NCBI GenBank assembly: GCA_938021675.1
Contig: CALIFY010000017.1
Location: 36,947 to 100,946 of the forward strand
Source of the DNA: an uncultured Acidimicrobiales bacterium
GTDB taxonomy: Bacteria > Actinomycetota > Acidimicrobiia > Acidimicrobiales > SZUA-35
DNA length: 64,000 nucleotides
Direction: 5' to 3'
Position numbers and translations under genes: made by a program. Under the pieces are notes generated by a model. The model made no database searches. It was not told where the DNA came from and saw only the letters and a list, made by a program, of their open reading frames with translations. Positions 59,535-64,000 of the stretch are shown in pieces (the stretch's first letter is position 1; each line of letters begins with the position of its first letter).

Positions 59535-59942
59535 ATGGCGATTGACGACAGGCCGGATCTCGACATCCACGATCTGCTCCGCCCAGACGAGCAACGTCGA
59601 TTTCGTCGGTTGTGCCTTCCCACAGCGGCGGTTGAGCTTGAGCAGCTGGTGGCCATCGTCGAACTTCATGTCGAGCACATCCGACACGATGCTGGGCAGC
59701 TCACAGACCTCGAAACAGCCGAACAGATCGGGCGCTCTCTCACCGCCCTCCTCTCGAGCGGAACCGAGTTTGATGCCACCGAACGGTCCTTGATTCGAGG
59801 GGCCGTCGAGTATTTCTTGATGGCCGATGACACCGCAGGCGACCTCGAAGATGCCGTGGGCTTCGACGACGACGCCCGGATCGTCAATTCGGTCCTCCAG
59901 CGGATCGGGCAGCCGGACTACCTGATCGAACTGCCATCGTGA
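59535..59942 (+). CDS. Hypothetical protein (135 aa)
   Basis: I moved the start to the ATG at 59535 (MAIDDRPDLDIHDLL). GC3 is acceptable. No family is assigned. Confidence 0.45.
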   Translation: MAIDDRPDLDIHDLLRPDEQRRFRRLCLPTAAVELEQLVAIVELHVEHIRHDAGQLTDLETAEQIGRSLTALLSSGTEFDATERSLIRGAVEYFLMADDTAGDLEDAVGFDDDARIVNSVLQRIGQPDYLIELPS

Positions 59943-59955
59943 ACCCGACGCTACG

Positions 59956-60423
59956 GTGACGAAAAACAGCGCCGGTATCGCCCTGTACCGCTCGACGTCG
60001 AGCGGGCTCGAAATCCTACTCGTCCATCCCGGTGGACCGTTCTGGGCCAACAAAGACGAGCATGCGTGGTCGATTCCCAAAGGTGAGTACGACCCAGAAA
60101 CCGAGTCGGCTATCGATGCCGCACGACGCGAGTTCGCAGAGGAGCTCGGGTCATCGGCACCCGACGGAGAGGCGATACCCCTCCCCCCGTTCCGGGCCGG
60201 CAAGAAACAGATACGAGCCTTTCTCATCCACGGCGACCTCGACGTGTCGAACGTTGTAAGCAACGACGTGCAACTCGAGTGGCCGCCCCGCTCTGGCAAC
60301 GTTCAGTCGTTTCCCGAAGTCGATCGGGCCGCCTGGTTCGACCTGGACACCGCTACATCCAAACTACACAAGGGTCAAATCCAAATCTGCGACCTGATCC
60401 TCGCTTCGGTGTCGACCCGCTAG
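59956..60423 (+). CDS. NUDIX-family hydrolase
   Basis: A Nudix-box-like segment is present (PKGEYDPETESAIDAARREFAEELG). The N-terminus is SAGIALYRSTSSGLEILLVHPGGPFW. Confidence 0.8.
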   Translation: MTKNSAGIALYRSTSSGLEILLVHPGGPFWANKDEHAWSIPKGEYDPETESAIDAARREFAEELGSSAPDGEAIPLPPFRAGKKQIRAFLIHGDLDVSNVVSNDVQLEWPPRSGNVQSFPEVDRAAWFDLDTATSKLHKGQIQICDLILASVSTR

Positions 60424-60449
60424 AGCGGTATTTCAAACACGTGCTCAAC

Positions 60450-62114
60450 TTAGAGCACCGCGCTTCGCAGCGGTCGACCGGCTAGAACCGACCGGTCCAC
60501 GACGCCATTTCGAAGGGCAACCCGGCCATCGACCAACACCCACTCGATGCCGACCGACGGTGTGGCCGGTTCAGCCACCGTGGCTCGGTCGGCGATCGAT
60601 TCTGGGTCGAAGATGACGAGATCGGCATCCGCTCCTGGTCTGACCCGGCCCTTTTTCGTCATGGCCGGAATCATGCCTTCGACCCGGCGTGCGGGCAGGA
60701 TCGTGACCTTAGCTACCGCGTCCATCAGGCTGAGCACGCCACGTTGGCGAACGTATCGACCGATCAACCGAGAGAACGTGCCAGCACCGCGAGGGTGGTT
60801 GTTCCGTTCGGCGCTCAAGATGGCATCGCTGGCCACGATGGTCCATGGCCGAGCGAGGGCCTCCTCGATCTCGGCCTCGGGGATCGAACCGAGAGCGGCC
60901 ACCAGCTTGTTGGATCGACGAGCATCGGCGATGGTCGAAGGCGACAATCTGGTAGCTGTTCCAGCGACCTGAAGATCGGATTCCGACAATCGATACCGCG
61001 TTCGCCATCCGGCGGCGAACCGTTGACTTCCGAGGAACGTTGCCCAGTAGTCGTATGGATACAGACAGGCGGTGACGTCGTGTCCGCCATCACGGGCCTG
61101 CTCGATCCGGTCCAGTGCTTCGGTCATGACGAAGGTGCCGCCGGTGCTCGTCAGATGTTCGATGTGGGCTGAGGCGCCGGTCTCGTCGACAACGGCCAGA
61201 ACCTCGTCGATGGCTTCAAGACTCGTACCCGGCGGATCTGGATCACTGAACCGAACGTGGAAGAAGGTGACATGGCCGAGTTCGGCGGCAACCTCGGCCA
61301 AAATCCGAAGCTCGGACCTCGACGTTCCCGGCGAGTACTCAGGCGAGAACGAGATTCCTGCGAAGCCATCGGCAAGGCCTCGCCGTGCCAGTGTTTCGAA
61401 CTCGGCAAGCTCGAAACGATCGGCTTCATCATCGATCTCAAGGCCCAAATCGAAGCCTCTCATAAAGTGCTGATGAAACGCGCCACCGAAATGAACAGGA
61501 GACTCACCGTCGAACCGCTGGAAGAACGGAGCGGCGTAGTTACTCACCCCGTGCATGGCCAGATTGGTCGTCACCCCGTCGGCCAACTTCAACCACGCCC
61601 CGAACGGATTGGGCTCATAGGACAACAAATCGACAAACCCCGGCGCCACCACCAGCCCGGTGGCGTCGATGACGTCGGCCCCGATCAACGGCCGATAGCT
61701 GAGGGCGGCGATCACGGCCCCATCGATGCCGATGTCGACTATCGCGTCGAACCCCGATTCGGGATCGAGCACCCGGCCGCCCCGAATTACCACATCAAAA
61801 ACGTGACCGGGCTCGGGTGGGGACGGCGTCGGTGTTCCCGGAAGGTCGGTGGGCAGCGGTGGTCGATCTCCCTGCTCAAGGGTAGGGCCAGACGGCGACG
61901 GGTCACCGGGCCGAACCGAGTCGGGAACATCACCGTCCGGTCGGCGCATCGAAGGTGTCGAGCCGCCAAACGTTGTCGGCGACCGATCGCCCGGCCCCCC
62001 GACATGTCGGAGGACAGCCACATTGGCCGCCCCGAGCCCAAAGGCGAGAAGCAGTCGGCGACGGTTCAGAAGCGGCGGGCGAGCGACCGGGTCCCGGTTA
62101 CGGTTTGTTCCCAT
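60450..62114 (-). CDS. Tat-signal amidohydrolase, N-acyl-D-amino-acid deacylase (D-aminoacylase)-like
   Basis: The Tat-like segment is NRRRLLLAFGLGAA. A Pro-rich linker follows. The Amidohydro_3-type layout includes FDVVIRGGRVLDPESG, VAPGFVDLLSY and GADADLVIFDP. Confidence 0.8.
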   Translation of the reverse strand: MGTNRNRDPVARPPLLNRRRLLLAFGLGAANVAVLRHVGGPGDRSPTTFGGSTPSMRRPDGDVPDSVRPGDPSPSGPTLEQGDRPPLPTDLPGTPTPSPPEPGHVFDVVIRGGRVLDPESGFDAIVDIGIDGAVIAALSYRPLIGADVIDATGLVVAPGFVDLLSYEPNPFGAWLKLADGVTTNLAMHGVSNYAAPFFQRFDGESPVHFGGAFHQHFMRGFDLGLEIDDEADRFELAEFETLARRGLADGFAGISFSPEYSPGTSRSELRILAEVAAELGHVTFFHVRFSDPDPPGTSLEAIDEVLAVVDETGASAHIEHLTSTGGTFVMTEALDRIEQARDGGHDVTACLYPYDYWATFLGSQRFAAGWRTRYRLSESDLQVAGTATRLSPSTIADARRSNKLVAALGSIPEAEIEEALARPWTIVASDAILSAERNNHPRGAGTFSRLIGRYVRQRGVLSLMDAVAKVTILPARRVEGMIPAMTKKGRVRPGADADLVIFDPESIADRATVAEPATPSVGIEWVLVDGRVALRNGVVDRSVLAGRPLRSAVL

Positions 62115-62307
62115 GATGGTGTAGGCGTCAGCTACTCGACGCGTGTCGCCACATGGCGGAACATCATCCGCCCGGCCGCCGCCTGTTGGACAAGAACTGC
62201 AACGGTGAGCATGACGGGGCCGACCGTAGCCGCCCGGTGGGCGCCGGTCAGCGATCCCTCACCCCAGGGGTCACCACATCCCCGAACGGGACCGATACTG
62301 TGGCACC

Positions 62308-63453
62308 GTGGCCAGTAATCTTCCAGCCCTGTATCCACTGGGCATCGTAGGATCGGGTCAGGTGGCCCGGATGACTCACCAATCGGCGGTGAAGCTCGGT
62401 ATCACCCCGAGGTTGTTCGCCGAACGCTTCGGTGACTCAGCGGCCCAAGCCGCCCCCGGTGCCGTCTTCAACCACCCCGACGCGCTCGCCGGGTTCGCAG
62501 CCGATTGCGAGGTGCTCACCTTCGAACACGAGCGGATCGACATTGGCTTACTCAAAGCGCTGGAGGACACCGGCGTCCTTCTTCGTCCCGGCACCAAGAC
62601 CATCCAGGCCGCGTTCGACAAAATTCATCAGCGCCGGGTGTTGAAGAATCGCGGCTTCCAAGTGCCGGCATTTGCTGAGGTCCGCGGCCCAGACGACGTG
62701 TTCGACTTCGCAAGCGAACACGGTTGGCCGGTAGTCCTCAAGACCGTCCGGGCCGCGCCGCCCGGTGAACTGGGCGTGTGGATCGTCGAGGATCGCCATG
62801 AGGCCATGAAGGTGTTGGCGGAGCGATCGAACCTGCAGCTCATGGCCGAGGAGCTCCAGGCCATCGTCAAAGAAATGGTCGTTCTGGTCGTGCGCCGACC
62901 CGGCGGCAACACCCGCTGCTACCCCATCGCCGAGATCACGAACCAGGATGGCGCATGCAAAGAGATACGGGCCCCGGCGGCGGTCGGAAAACGACTCGGC
63001 GCTGAAGTGGTTCAGGTCGCCCTCGACCTTGCCAATGCCCTCGATACGGTTGGCGTATTGGCGGTCGAACTCTTCCTGACCACCGAAGGCCTCGTGGTGA
63101 ACGAGCTTGCTGCCCGGCCTCACAACGCGGGCCACTGGACGATAGAAAATTGTCCGACGTCACAGTTCGAGAATCATGTTCGTGCGGTACTCGACCTTCC
63201 CCTTGGCCCGACCTGGTCGAACGCCCCGGCCGCCGTCACCATAAACGTCATCGGAACGCTCGATGGGATCGACCCGGCCCGGCACCTTCCCGAAGCACTG
63301 GCGGTGGAAGGCGCCCAGGTCCATCTCTATGGCAAGCTGCCTCGCCCCGGCCGTAAGCTCGGCCATGTGACGGCTGTCGGCCACGATATTGAGACGGCCA
63401 GGGCTCTGGCTCGCCGGGCCGAAGCAGCGTTGCACGGCCGCAGACCGAGCTGA
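62308..63453 (+). CDS. purK: 5-(carboxyamino)imidazole ribonucleotide synthase (N5-CAIR synthetase)
   Basis: The N-terminal motif is LGIVGSGQVARM. The ATP-grasp core and the C-terminal PGRKLGHVT segment are present. The start is a GTG. Confidence 0.9.
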   Translation: MASNLPALYPLGIVGSGQVARMTHQSAVKLGITPRLFAERFGDSAAQAAPGAVFNHPDALAGFAADCEVLTFEHERIDIGLLKALEDTGVLLRPGTKTIQAAFDKIHQRRVLKNRGFQVPAFAEVRGPDDVFDFASEHGWPVVLKTVRAAPPGELGVWIVEDRHEAMKVLAERSNLQLMAEELQAIVKEMVVLVVRRPGGNTRCYPIAEITNQDGACKEIRAPAAVGKRLGAEVVQVALDLANALDTVGVLAVELFLTTEGLVVNELAARPHNAGHWTIENCPTSQFENHVRAVLDLPLGPTWSNAPAAVTINVIGTLDGIDPARHLPEALAVEGAQVHLYGKLPRPGRKLGHVTAVGHDIETARALARRAEAALHGRRPS

Positions 63454-63479
63454 TTCCACCTCCCAAAAGGCGCCAAGAT

Positions 63480-64000
63480 ATGACTGCGACAGAAGAAGCT
63501 GCGAACAACCTGACCGTCGTCGACCATCCGTTGGTTGCCCATAAGATCACCAAGCTTCGGAACGATCAGACCGACTCGTCGGCCTTCCGGTCGCTGTGTC
63601 AAGAGGTGACGCTGTTGACCGCATACGAGGCCCTCCGCCACCTCCCGACCGAGCAGGTCTCGGTCACCACTCCGCTGACGACCACCGAAGCTCCAAGGCT
63701 GGCCGGCCCGGCCCCGGCCATCGTCGGGATACTTCGAGCTGGATTGGTTATGGTCGAAGCCATCCTCACCCTGATCCCCCACGGCCGGGTCGGCCACCTC
63801 GGCCTCTACCGCGACCCGGAAACCCACCGTCCGATCGAGTACTACAAGAAACTCCCCGAGGACATCCATACCCGGAAAATCCTCCTGGTCGATCCCATGC
63901 TGGCCACCGGAGGTTCGGCGGTCCATGCCCTCGACGTGCTGACCGAGGCCGGCGGAACCGACATCGACCTGCTGTCGATCATCGGTTGCCCCGAGGGGGT
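63480..64000 (+). CDS. upp: Uracil phosphoribosyltransferase (3' end beyond the window)
   Basis: My own translation from the ATG at 63480: MTATEEAANNLTVVDHPLVAHKITKLRN...GILRAGL...LLVDPMLATGGSA. It is absent from the track because there is no stop inside the window. Confidence 0.9.
   Translation, partial: MTATEEAANNLTVVDHPLVAHKITKLRNDQTDSSAFRSLCQEVTLLTAYEALRHLPTEQVSVTTPLTTTEAPRLAGPAPAIVGILRAGLVMVEAILTLIPHGRVGHLGLYRDPETHRPIEYYKKLPEDIHTRKILLVDPMLATGGSAVHALDVLTEAGGTDIDLLSIIGCPEG

Noticed and set aside
59526-60299. A 257-aa minus-strand ORF.
   Set aside because: It overlaps the NUDIX gene (clear Nudix-box-like motif) and the upstream hypothetical gene on the opposite strand. Its composition is shadow-ORF-like.
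63167-63182. The SOS-box-like sequence TCGAGAATCATGTTCG.
   Set aside because: It lies inside the purK coding sequence and its left arm is poor (TCGAGA versus TCGAAC). It is most likely a chance match.

Overview
This is a 64-kb high-GC chromosomal segment that looks actinobacterial. The supporting markers are a mycothiol conjugate amidase (Mca), F420-related genes (fbiD and an LLM oxidoreductase), an ImuA'-ImuB / DnaE2 mutasome with TCGAAC-N4-GTTCG SOS boxes, bioB followed by a BsaP-like mini-ORF, and amt-glnK behind an OmpR-type orphan regulator. I call about 60 protein genes. They are densely packed, and many are joined by 4-nt ATGA/GTGA stop-start overlaps. By eye I found no rRNA, tRNA, CRISPR array, transposase or integrase. 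Most of the content is housekeeping or metabolic: alcohol dehydrogenase, hrpB, NfeD/SPFH, a MgtE-like transporter with a PhoU/TrkA-C partner, larE-larB-larC, acyl-CoA dehydrogenase, rnhB, gpsA, bioB, purK and upp. The most unusual items are as follows. (1) At the left edge there is a four-gene, translationally coupled envelope operon: DUF4214 protein, MauE-like, MauD-like, then a Tat-exported 12-Cys MauA-like module fused to wall-binding-type repeats. No amine dehydrogenase heavy chain or MauG is in view. (2) Three near-identical SOS boxes sit upstream of dnaE2, upstream of imuA'-imuB, and next to a DUF222/HNH (13E12-type) endonuclease gene whose 5' end carries six 15-bp tandem repeats. (3) A regulator with a shortened receiver region and a winged helix lies upstream of 11-bp-phased GlnR-box-like pentamers in front of amt-glnK. 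(4) Two short AT-richer islets encode orphan secreted or anchored proteins. (5) An orphan 810-aa HerA/DUF87-like ATPase has a long coiled-coil tail. All functional calls come from reading motifs in the supplied translations. No database search was run, and start codons that I moved from the ORF track are flagged in the evidence.
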